Origin: Nymphaea colorata
Taxonomy: Eukaryota
Assembly (NCBI RefSeq): GCF_008831285.2
Contig: NC_045138.2
Location: 9,362,001-9,426,000, forward strand
Length of the DNA: 64,000 nucleotides
Direction of reading: 5' to 3'
Below the pieces are notes generated by a model that saw nothing but the letters and a program-made list of their open reading frames with translations, did not search any database and was not told the DNA's origin. Positions 25,865-37,480 of the stretch are shown piece after piece. Made by a program: the position numbers and the translations under genes. Within the stretch, counting starts at the first letter, position 1. Every line of letters begins with the position of its first letter.

Positions 25865-27045
25865 AAGAGGAAGAAGGGATTGATGCTATATAAAGAGAAG
25901 AGGTGACTCATAGGTAACAGTATGGACTCTTATGAAGAGGAAGAGGAGGATTAATGTTATAAATGAGAACAGGTGCCTTAAGACAATGAATTATACATTA
26001 ATCTACTTTTCACACTTACCTTGTTTTCCATTATTTTTTCCAACGTTTTTCTAGAGAAAAAACGAACTGCCATTCAATATCCCAAAAAGGTTCAATTATA
26101 AAAACCAGATAACTACGTTTATGAAAATGAGAATATATATATATATATATATATATCTTATGATAGTTCTAAATTATTGTGTATTTCTCAATTAGTACTA
26201 GAAAGCAACAGGTAGTTGCACCATCAACTATATCAACAGAATATGGATCTATTGGTTTTTGTCACGGCAGAAGTGACATGGATACAGTTCTAGGTTACTG
26301 TGTACTTCGAAAAATGCCACGCTGCACCCACACTTGCAAAAGAGTAAATTACACACTTCCTAGTTTAGTATCATTAAAAGAAAAAAACTCACCAGCAAGC
26401 ATGTGGAAGATCTAATTTTGTGCTCCAATTTTACATAGAGGACAAACTCATGGTTATAGGTATTACATTTTTTCGTAGATAAGAGTTTTGTAATTTCTGT
26501 AGTTTACACCAAGATTGCGTAATATAATGTGTATCATTGTTAGCATTGTCATTTTTCATTTTTTTGTGTTCTATTGCATGACAGCTGTGATCCATCAAAA
26601 TTTTTGTGATGTGAACCTAGAGGACCTGGATTTACAAGGGATTAGTTGGTCCAATCATTCCTTCTTTCGAGGGACTTTATGATAATGAAAATGGCAATGG
26701 TGCTGGTGATGGATTGTATCCATTAATTATTACAACTATAGCACATTTACATAAAAAATTTTAACTTGGGAATTGTGATGATATTCTCTCATAAACAATC
26801 ATTTGCCATACATTCATGTGTGTCTTATTCTGAATTTTGCTTGGCATTTGAATACAAAGTTCAGTCATTTGGTCATGTATTCAGTGGCATTATTTTTTCT
26901 TAATTCATTAAATTGACATTCAAATGCAGAGAGGAGATATTGTGTGATTCCTGCCCCCAGTATCCCCCCCACACCCTTGTAGTTAGAAATTTTTAGTTTA
27001 TTTTCTAGTAAATGACAGAAAGCAAACATAAGCATTTTTTATTTC

Positions 27046-27365
27046 TGTAGAAAGTAGGAAAAAACTGGATGAAATGATCTTAACGTGGAAAACCCTCGAC
27101 TCGAGGGATAAGAAACCACGATAGGGAATACCTAGCGCTCACTAGCAGCCAGACACTCTCTTACTAAAATTTTATTCACACTGAAAACTAACCACGATAG
27201 GGAATACCTGGCGCTCACTAGCAGCCAGACACTCTCTTACTAAAATTTTATTCACACTGAAAACTGAGAGTTACAAAGACTTAAGTAAAGCCCAATTAGG
27301 GCTACAACCTGGACCGGGTCTAGGTCCAGACCCGGTTCCAAGACCCTTCAATAAATACTTCAACA
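27046..27365 (-). mobile_element. 3' LTR of a - strand Copia, with an internal ~76-bp tandem duplication
   Basis: On the - strand it starts TGTTG (27365) right after PPT-like TTGAGGATGAG and ends CTACA (27046). AACCACGATAGGGAATACCT...CACTGAAAACT is duplicated at ~27114 and ~27190. Confidence 0.75.
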
Positions 27366-29100
27366 CTCATCCTCAAGTTGGGCATACATATCAAACATGC
27401 CCAACTTGGATACATTTTTCGCAAACAGGGTCGAAGGTAAGGCCTTAGTCAGAACATCAGCAGTTTAGTCCTCAGACTTGATGTATGGCAGAACCAACTC
27501 TTTCGCATCAATTCTCTCTCGGATGAAGTGACGATCAATCTCAACATACTTTGTTCGGTCATGTAACACAAGGTTGTTGGCCAAGTTGATCGCTGACTTG
27601 TTAGCACAATACATCTTCATTGGCCCTTCAATCTTTATACCAATATCAGTCAACAACACTTTCAGGCTTTCAGCCACAGTAGTTCAAAAACTCCCACAAC
27701 AAAAGCTCTGTATTCAGCTTCTGCACTAGAGCGGGAACAAACATCTTGTCTCTTACTCCTCCATACCATGAGATTCCCCCTTAGGTAAATACAGTACCAT
27801 GAGGTTGATTTCCTAGTATCAACACAGCTTGCTCAATCAGCATTAGAATACCCTTCGATCTCGAGAGGCCCTTGCTTCACATATAGGAGCCCCTTGTCAG
27901 GACTCCTCTTCAAGTAACATAAGATCTTGTCAACTGCCTTCAAGTGAGCATCGGTTGGAGCATGGTTGAACTTACTCATAACGTTCATAGCAAAGGTGAT
28001 ATCAGGTATATTAAGAGTGATATAGATCAACTTCCCTACCAGATGTTGATACCTCACCTTGGCCTCTTCACAAAGAGGTTCTCCAACATTAATACAGAGT
28101 TTGTGCCTAGTATCTAGAGGAGTAGAAGCCAATCTACATCCTGGTTTTCCAGTCTCCTTCAGTAAGTCTAAAGTGTACTTTCGTTGATTTAACACAAGGC
28201 TCATACCAAAATCTAGCGATTTCAATACCAAAAAAATATCTCATCTTGCCAAAGTCCTTGAGATAAAACTCAACGGCCAATAACTTCTTTAATCTTGCTA
28301 TTTAGTCTTCATCATCACCTGTAACAATCAGATCATCAACATAGACTAACAACAGAGTAACTCTATGTTTTCTCTCTTCACAAAGAGTGTATGATCTTCA
28401 TTTCCTTGATTATACTCATGTCGTCTCATAACTTGTCTAAGGCGTTCAAACCATGCTCGAGGAGATTGTTTAAGTCCATACAAAGCCTTTCTTAGTTTGC
28501 AACATCTTCCTGGTTCCTCATATCTTGGGGGCATACACATATATACATCTTCCTCAAGGTCGCTATTCAGAAAAGCATTCTTGACATCAAGTTGATACAT
28601 CTTCCATTTTCCTATCACAGCCAAAGAACTCTGACAGTCTTCATCTTAGCAACATGAGCAAAAGTCTCTAAATTGTCGATTCCATATTTTTTATTGAATC
28701 CTTTGGCAACGAGGTGAGCTTTGTACCTATCCACAATCCCGTCTGTTTTGTACTTAATGGTGTAAACCCATTTGGATCCGACCAGATGAGCTGCTTCGAG
28801 GATTTTTACCACTTCCCATGTTTCATTCATATTCAAAGCTTCCATCTCTTTTCGCATTGCATGGGTCCACATAGAATCACTCTGAGCCTCAGCAACAGTC
28901 CTGGGAATTACAGCCAAAGAAAGAGATGATATAAAACATTTGTAAGCCTTAATCAGTTTAGAATATGATATGAAGTTACCAATAGGGTATTGAGTACATG
29001 ACCTGACACCCTTCCTTAGGGCAATGGGTAGCTCTTCATTAGAAACTTCTGTCTGGATGATCTGTGGTTGCTCCCTTTCAAAAAATCTCATATCTGTTTC
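27366..29100 (-). mobile_element. Degenerate Ty1/Copia RT-RNaseH region
   Basis: LPIALRKGVRSCTQYPI and DRYKAHLVAKGF (28615-29091); YQLDVKNAFLNSDLEEDVYM...LYGLKQSPRAWF (28346-28624); NQRKYTLDLLKETG (27833-28231); HDRTKYVEIDRHFIRE (27465-27677). The region is broken by frameshifts. Confidence 0.95.
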
Positions 29101-30287
29101 GCAGAGGTATAATATGCAATAGTAGAGATAATCTGTGGTTGCACACTATTCATGATTCATGACATTACAATATTATTTTCCTTCCATGAACTATATTTTC
29201 CACTATTTACCACAGGCTCATTTTCTTCCATAACATGTTCTTTCTTATGTCCAATTACAGACATCATAAACACACGGAACTAAATCTCATAATTAGATCC
29301 ATCTACCTTTACAGTAGAGCCATAAGAAAAGGGGTTGTTTGTGTTTTTATGCTCATACTGCATCGTTGTCTTGCCTTCATCAGCCATAGTGCGAGAATAG
29401 ACAATATGACCTTGATCTTGTTGCACTTTGATAAAATCAATAGTATAGCGCACAACAATCAACTTGAGAGAACCTAGGCAGCAGAATTTTTTTCCAGCAT
29501 CAATAACAGTCCTTAAAATAATATCTATTAACTTGTTGTTCAGTAAATCAGTCCACCAATCACAGCAATCAACTTTAGAGGATCTAAGCAGCAAACTTTT
29601 TTTTTTAGCATCAATAAATGTACCCAAAAAAATATTATATATAAACTTGTTCAAATCAGTCCACCAAATTTCCACGTAGTAGGCTTACTAGAATTTAAGT
29701 ATGCATATAAGACATTCAATATGATAAGAATATACCCAACTTGCAGCCACTTTTCCACAGTCAGCCAAAAAAAATCTGATAAGAATATGGTCCACGTGCA
29801 GCTACTCTTCCACGAGCCCAGTTCTGACTTAGAACTTTCATATGCAACTCCCACGCAGTTGCTCACGCTCCACTACATCCACATTGGGAACCTAATCACA
29901 CATACCTCTCACGTGTGATTAGGTTCCCCTTCCACGCTACTCCCCATCTCCCGATCAGTAGAGAGAAGAGAGAAAGGAAGGGTAGAGGAAGAAAAAAGGT
30001 GGGAAGAGATGGGAGAGAGAAGAGGATAAGAGGTCGCCAGAAAGTCACGTCAACCGCTAGCAGAGAAGGGTGGAGATCGCCGGCTCTAATACCACAATAC
30101 AGCCAGCAGTCTTAGAGAGAGAAAAACATCTTATTTGCTAACCTTAATCTCAATAAAAAATAGATTAGGGCAGAGATAGAGACTTACAAATAACATCAAC
30201 CACAAATAGAGAAATGTTTAAAGAGAACTCCTAACTATTAAATATTGCAGAGGACCACCTAGAAACTTAAAGTCTTCTAATTTAACA
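29100..30287 (-). mobile_element. 5' LTR (30095-30287), PBS and non-coding internal region of a short-LTR retroelement
   Basis: On the - strand it starts TGTTAAATTAG at 30287, with PBS TGGTATTAGAGCC at 30082-30094. The LTR matches the solo LTR at 25672-25864. The internal region has no recognisable gag and contains a ~111-bp diverged duplication (29456-29670). Confidence 0.75.
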
Positions 30288-30289
30288 GT

Positions 30290-30689
30290 ATTGTTACTAT
30301 TGTATACTTATATATATACTTATATATATACTATTATGTATTGTTAGTCTTTTTTATTATATTATGTCTTCCTTTAAGTACATACGGGCTAAAGCTTTCT
30401 TGAGGATTTACATTGCTTCTTCTAGAGATTAGAATTTTTTTTTTTGTAGTAGATTACATTTAATGAGTAATGTTAAACTTCTTCTATTGATTTTGCATAT
30501 TCAATGAAGTCAACAATTAATTTTTTATTGTTTAAGTTGATTATGCTTGTTATATGACTACTCTCCGGATTTCAAATATTAGAAATAGTTAATCAAAATA
30601 ACTTGCCACATTAACGTAACTAAAAAATATATTTTAGTCGCCCTTTTTGCCTAGGCGCCAGGCGCTGCGTGAGGGCCTTGACAACACAG
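30290..30689. mobile_element. Terminal fragment of a putative hAT-type DNA transposon
   Basis: AT-rich subterminal region followed by GCCTAGGCGCCAGGCGC...GCCTTGACAACACAG at ~30649-30689, resembling CAGTGTTGTCAAGGCG-type plant hAT ends. Confidence 0.45.
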
Positions 30690-32676
30690 GATATACATAA
30701 ATAAACTACCCAATACTTTTTTTATGCAAAAGAAAATTGGTAGTCTTCTTAATGATGTCAATGAAAGGAAAACAGAAAACTGAAGATATAATTTTCAGGA
30801 AGGCCATTTACTGGGCATGACAAGAATACCAACAGAGGACTCTGCAATTTTAACATATAAACCAGAAAGAAATAACCCAATCTTGCTTTCCTTAACTGAT
30901 TAAGCTCCTAAGATTATTAAAAAGAAAAAACCACAAAAAGAATACTAGGAAAAAATGATTCAGTAATGACTTAACCCAAAGGAAGAAGAACAAAATGAAA
31001 ATATTTCTGAAAGAAACAAACGAAATTGTGTATTTTCTGTGCTTATGGAATAATTGTAATTTAGTACAATAATCCATCATTTATTATAAGGACCAGCTCT
31101 TTCTGAGATAAAATATTTTTTTCTCAATTAGCACAACAAGGTTAGTAATTCATGACATAAACTATGTACAAACAATGTTATCCAACATTTCAAGTAGAGA
31201 AGAACCTTGTATTGGAACAAAATCCAATAACCCATGCACAAAAACCTCCATTATATTTAAATAGAGAAGAATTTTATCTACAGATAACAGCTTTCCATAT
31301 CCATAGTAATAAAACATCAGAGGAAAAAAAATTAAGCAGCAGATGTAGTGGTCACATACAAGAGTTCTTTTATGTGTAACCATAATGCGCTTTGATTTGC
31401 CTCCGAGGACCCGGAATACTAGATCCACCCCAACCTAAACATAAGGGACAATTCACTCAGATACATTAGCAAAGAGACAGACCATCATAAGGGTCAGAAA
31501 ATAATGTTTGACAGGTCAATACCAAAAACAAATATTGAACAACTCATAGTCAAATTGAATAGACTACCTTAAATTTCTTGGGGGGCTTTGCAAGACTATG
31601 TTCTGACATATGTTGGAGAGGACAAAGTGCCTTTAAACCTCCTAAAAACTGAATTACCGCAGCATCCACTTCAATCTTAATGACCTTTCCCCTGACCACC
31701 ATACCAGGTTTGACATCAGCATGGGTGAAAAAAGACTCTTCAAATGCAGATGCCTGCCAGATAGTCAAATCAGCAAGTTAATGTGGCAGCAACACGAGAA
31801 CATGGTTTCTAGCACATGAAAAACAAAATAACAGTGAAATCAAGCACAGAAAATTATGGTACAACTAAAGTATGATGCAAACTTCATATCAAGGCAATTT
31901 GCAGCACCTTCGATAAATCGTCCATTATACATGTTAGAGAGGTATGACAAACCAAGGTGAAATCAGCTCCAACAAAGAAGGTAAGGATAAACAATAAAGG
32001 AATCAACCTTAACAGCACATATGGCTAACCCTTCCATCTGTCTGAAATCAAGAACACGAACACGAACCACATTCCCTTCCTTGAATTTCTTCTCCAACTT
32101 AAAACCTTCCTCATCAGTTGCATCGGATGTCTACAAAGTGCAAAGGAAGCTTTTGTTCATGTGCAATCGATTAAACGAAAGAAGAGGGAGAACGCAATAA
32201 TTTGATGAATGATGATGCAAAGTAGGACTATCGATGCATAACTCTCCATCTCTGACCACTGAGAGTCTTAGAAACCAAATGCAGCATAACGTACTTCTAT
32301 CATTGAATAAAAAGGATATGTTCCTAAATAACTAATTTTCAAGTTTACATGTGTTTTTCTCGACAGACCAGAAATTAACAGTTCAGAATGTTCTATATTG
32401 TAAAAGTTTAGATGCTTTCACATTCTAGTGCAAGTACAAGCATTGAAATACCAGAGTGTAAAATGTGTTTCCACTAAGTATACAATAATTTTGTGGACAT
32501 TATGATCCCTAAAACATTAATAATCTAACCCCTTTTCATAGAAACAGTAAAATTGATATGATAATGATCCTGAAAACTAAGTTATCAGAATCAAAGTAGG
32601 ACACAAGTCATTCAAGGCCCTAAAAAGACATAGGAGGGAACAGACAATCTGAGTCAGTCCAAGTCGAATGATTATG

Positions 32677-32682
32677 CACACA

Positions 32683-32767
<85 letters not shown>
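32677..32767. repeat. Compound (CA)n(TA)n microsatellite in an RRP5 intron
   Basis: Directly visible dinucleotide runs. Confidence 0.95.
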
Positions 32768-32771
<4 letters not shown>

Positions 32772-34949
32772 GTGTGTGCAGAGTCATATATAAAAATAAG
32801 TACAGAAACACATACATTTATTCAAAGAATGTGCATACATAGTCATACAAAAGGGATTAGTTGGCTGATGAACAACTCTGACTAAATTAGTAGTCTGACC
32901 AATTAACCACTGGTTTAAAACACAAGTAGGTGAGTAACCCACTCGCTCAAGTAGTTGAATGAGTTGGAACTTTTGAGACTAACATATCAGTGTAAACTAG
33001 TGTACACAGACAGGACGCACACGTACACACACAGACAGACACTCATACTCAAACAAATGCATACCTTGACATACGCAGGTGTATGAACAGGACTAGAAGA
33101 AACCTCAAGCAAAAGCCCGGATCTCCCATCAATCCTTATAATGCGTGCATCTTCATAAACATCTCCAGCTCTAACATGCTGAATAAATAGAGAATGCCCT
33201 CTAGATCAGGGATAACAATCAAAGGACTTGTAATTTTAACCAATAGATCATGAAACATCATTATAAATGCCAAAAAAGCATAGGAAAATCATTTACATCC
33301 AACAACCATATGCCGGAGAATTCTTAACAAGGCCATGAACCAAACAATATGTAAACTAGATTCTAGCAAAGAAGCTTACCGAAGGGGGAAGATGGCCTTG
33401 TAAAAGGTGTGGATTCATGGTAAGTCCAACAGCTCTAGTGATGGGGCCAATGAACATAATCCGAGCTCTCACCTACAGCAAACCAAATTTTGTGGTTTAG
33501 GACCACCAGTGAGCACTTCAGGATGAAGGTCGTAGAAGTAATCAAATAAAAATTTCTACAGAATATGTAAACAATCACTACGGGAAAAAGAGTACTCAGA
33601 TGCAACAGATGTTACAGCAGATACCACTCAAGTAACTGATGAACCCAAATTCAGATCTCTGTACAAAAATATTTGTTGACGCATTAATAAACAGTGTATA
33701 TATCTCAAAACAAAATGAATCATCTAAGTTGTTTAGTTAAAATTGCTGATACAATTTTATCCGACTTGCAATAAAACAGTGCATCCAAAATTCTCATGCT
33801 CGCTTGTCTTTGAAACTTGTGCTTAGTAAAAAATAAAATATGACAATGCAATGCATTAATTTATAGAACAAAATGGATACAAAATTTTGATTTGTGTATC
33901 TCTGTACGCAAAAGTCGAATTGCAAAGTGCAAACCATATCCATTATACATGGCTATATACATCTAAGTTGCATAGGCAATGCATGTTCAATTAACACCTT
34001 CCACCATGTTCTTTCTAAATATTCCTGATACTACACCTTCGGAAATGGCTTTAATAGTTAAAAGCTCGTCCAAATTATCCAAGATTGAAGAGTAAAGCAA
34101 ATACAGGCTTTCTCGTGATAGTCTATGCACTAGGGCAAACTTACTTGCATCTCTAAATAGCCTGACTGCCATGCTTGTGCATGCGCTTGTAAGTATCCTT
34201 TGTAAAACAATCAATCCATGAGAAATTTCCTCCATAATAAATGGATATTCATATGACTAAGAGTTATAGAATTTGTCATGTCATCCATATAGGAATTAAC
34301 AGGCAAACATAAAAGTTTCTTTCATACCCCTCTTCGTGTCAACTTCACAAGGCCAACAAAAGTGGAACAATCAAGTACTTACATCCAAAGATACAAATTT
34401 ACACCCTTATTGGATTAGAAAGTACATTGATATAAAACACAAACTAGATTAATCTACTCATAATGTCAGATTAGAAAATGGGTATACCCAATTATGCTCT
34501 GAATCATCACTTGATTCATGACTCAATCAACTTTCTTGGACAAAATAAACCAGTCTCAATCAGGAGAAAAGGATTTTTAATTTTTTATATGACAAAATCC
34601 ATCTGCACAGTATCTGTTAACCTAAAGTGCATACTGTTCTCCAAGACTCGGAAAAGTTGCTTTTGAAAGAATATTGGGCATCATTTGCATGTCAGCAAGC
34701 CAAATTTATGTTCCTCCACAGGGATATATTATTGGCCAAACATTCATAAATTGGAGAAAGTGAATTGTGTAAAGCAACATACCTCAACAGAACTTTTCCC
34801 CATTTGCAACACGGTATTTCCAGGATGAGTTGAACAAGACATAAAAAAGCTAATTATTATACAGGAAGCACTACCAGAATCAACACGCACACGAGTTTTT
34901 TCTGAATATTCCAGCTTAAAATGTTATTGTATTTTCAGGAGCCTTGTCT

Positions 34950-35857
34950 AAGGCGGGCACTGCTATTTAAGAGCAGTAGTACGTACTCGGGTGTGTTCCA
35001 GTACGTGTTTGACCGTACCGGATATGGTCAACGTACCTGAGTACGTATCGTTATTTTTTGGACTCTGTCAAAGTTAAGAGAGTCCAAAATCATTCTTAAA
35101 TTAGGTTTTTTTTTTTATGTTCAAACAGAACGCAACACCCATCGAGGGCTCTTCCTATTGCCCTCAACAGCAGCGCCAGAAGAAAACTGGTGACTTGTGC
35201 TGCTCCATCCATCCATGTCCAGCACCTGTTCGAGTTTTCCAGCGAAAAGCGACGTCTAGGGCGAAGGGCGACACAGATATTGTGGTATTCCAACTTCACC
35301 GACTTCTCCAAAGCCTGATTTGGGCTTGTTTTTTTCTGTTGAAGCTTCAGCTTTTAAGCTTCTTCTTTATCCGGCAGCCACTCCCATCGTCCGACAGTAT
35401 ATCCTATCATCTAACGGCAGGTTTTTTCTGGCAAACTTTCTCTTTTACATTTTATCATGTTTTCATCAAATAACTGTGCATCCGTCCCTTTCCTCGTCTC
35501 CAGTTTGAACTGCTCCATCCAAGTTCAAACAACAATTATGAGAACAGCTGCCGATTTGGGCTTTTTTTGCCCTTCACACTAGTGCTGGTCTGCTGGAGAT
35601 GATTGACTGGGAATCATTGGTTGATATTAGTTTCATTTAATTGTGTTTGATATTAGACGCATGTGGTGTTTACTTGTTTATGTTGAATCATTGATATTAT
35701 ACATTTTCATTGTTTTTTTACTTGTCAATTGATATTTTGTTTGTTGGTGTGTATATATATATAAGATACGGCCGAACCCCCACACCCAAGGTTTTTGAAA
35801 AAATGGTTCGTACTCATACACCTGCACCTGCATCCATACCCATACCTATGTGACATA
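34950..35857. mobile_element. Putative non-autonomous DNA transposon in an RRP5 intron
   Basis: GTAC-rich left subterminal region (34978-35050). The right end has repeated (C/T)ACC(T/C)G motifs finishing CCTATGTGACATA at 35845-35857. The left TIR and TSD were not identified. Confidence 0.4.
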
Positions 35858-37480
35858 ACACTAACATGAGGCCCTAGAACCACACCAGACTTCCATTATC
35901 TTACACCAAAATTAAACTTTTGCTTTTTTAGTTTTTTTTTTTTTCCTTTTTTTCTAAGCTCATGGTATCCAGCAATGCTGCAATAAAATACTACAGCCTA
36001 GTTATATGTTCATACATGAAGACAAGTGAGAGAGAGAGGGAGAGACTCACCCTCATACCAATGTGATACATATCTTTCCAGGAAGATTTGAGGAAGAGAA
36101 ATTCCAAGTTAAAAATATCAACTTGCGAATATTCAATAGATAAGAACTAATAGACATGTCTACATAATTCAACCAGAATTGATACCAGAGGACACAATTT
36201 TTGATACTTAGAAACATAGTGCAAATAATTGAAAGAATTGAACGACATACTGGTTTCCACTCACAGTTCCTGTAAAATACGTTAGAAATGATACAAGAAC
36301 TCCATTTGCCAGAACTGATTTCAAATGAGCCTCAACCAACATGGCAGGAAATAATAGATCGACTGAGAGGCCTCTATACTCCTTAGTCTATAGGAAAAGA
36401 ATCGAATAAAGCAATCAACCAACAGAAGTAACAATCTTCAAAACTGTGACTCAAAAAGAGAGTAAACTAAGTATAGCATCTAAATAAGGGCAACAGTTAG
36501 CCCATAATACTACATGCACATAAAACATATAGATGCAGAGCTGATACTCCTGACAGAATTGATAAATAGCCACCTGCGAAGAAGAAGTGTTCCTCTATTT
36601 TTAAGTATAGCATCCAACTAAGTGCAACAGTTATTTCAAAGGATAGTACATGCACATAAACATGTGGATGCATAGTTGCCACTCCAGACAGCAAACAGTG
36701 AAACCACCAACCAGAGAAGAAGCATTCCTCCATCTATTAACATGGTTAAACATCTTCCTCTTTTTATTTTTCTCAAACAACATGGGCTTTTGCAGAAAGA
36801 GGTAAGGGGCATAATCACAAAGTCCTAGATCTTTCAATCTAGTAAACAAAAGGACATCATGACTTGCAGATCAGATGCATCAAGATTGAAACGATCCAAG
36901 ACATTAAACTGCACCAAGGTTGTCTAGCATCCATATGTTGAAAGTAAAAAGTAAAAAAGATCTCAAAGGTCATCTAAAGCAAATAACCCATGGAGACACA
37001 TAAATGCACAGAACAAACAGGGTTCAAGAGAAACAGACTTACTAAATTCATGCATAAATAGTTTAGAGATGGTTTGAATGAAATGACTTTCCGAACTTTA
37101 TCAACATTTGAAACCACAACTTGCAAAAGTTGTGTCCCTTTCCAATGCTATTATCTCCTTTCTCTGTAGCAACATAAGAAGCAACGTTGTCACATTAATA
37201 TTTCCAACTTCTTCTGCTATCCATACAAGAGACTCATAATTCATTCAAGTTTCAACATTGTCAAAGGAATTTCATAATATAGCCTAATTACATGGAAAAT
37301 ATCAAAACCATGAGGTGTCAATAAAGGAACTGTCGAAACAATGAAACCACAATGGCACGAACATTTGCACACCTAAACACGCTAGCACAGTTCCTTTGGA
37401 CGTTGTCAGAATTGGTCTGAATCAGCTAATTTGGATCGAGTGGGTGGCTAATCAATTCATTTGATGGCTGATTCAAGGAT

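Larger units (their letters stand above)
24284..37163 (-). pseudogene. RRP5: rRNA biogenesis protein RRP5 (S1-domain repeats), partial and apparently disabled copy
   Basis: Exons in gene order: 37043-37163 (QLLQVVVSNVDKVRKVI), 36265-36387 (TKEYRGLSVDLLFPAMLVEAH...FLTYFTGT), 36051-36122 (VDIFNL..SWKDMY), 33380-33472 (VRARIMFIGPITRAVGLTMNPH), 33065-33178 (HVRAGDVYEDARIIRIDG..TPAYVK), 32008-32130 (KLEKKFKEGNVVRVRVL..MEGLA), 31568-31753 (ASAFE..THADVKPGMVV..LKALCPLQHMSE..KKFK), 31360-31434 (VGVDLVFRVLGGKSKRI), 24870-25020 (SGRLLLLLKSLSE..VGSIVGAE), 24539-24613 (GLHGRIYITE), 24284-24442 (PFSKFRIGQ..WELSVRP). These match my recall of plant RRP5 in sequence and order. Lesions: frameshift near 37133, acceptor AG>AA at 36123, frameshift near 24330, missing internal and 3' exons. 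Confidence 0.88.

Noticed and set aside
26179..26415. Possible small gene (STRKQQVVAPSTISTEYG)
   Set aside because: It looks like a tiny Copia RNaseH remnant (KQ.VVA.S..EAEY) and is too short and degraded to list as a feature.
29235..29866. ORFs with an internally repeated peptide (WWTDL...IDA.KK)
   Set aside because: The peptide repeat simply reflects a ~111-bp DNA duplication in retroelement internal sequence, and there are no gag motifs.
31162..31359. Continuation of ORF 31162-31428 as RRP5 coding sequence
   Set aside because: RRP5 similarity ends at a GTATGT donor (31359), so the rest is intron read-through.
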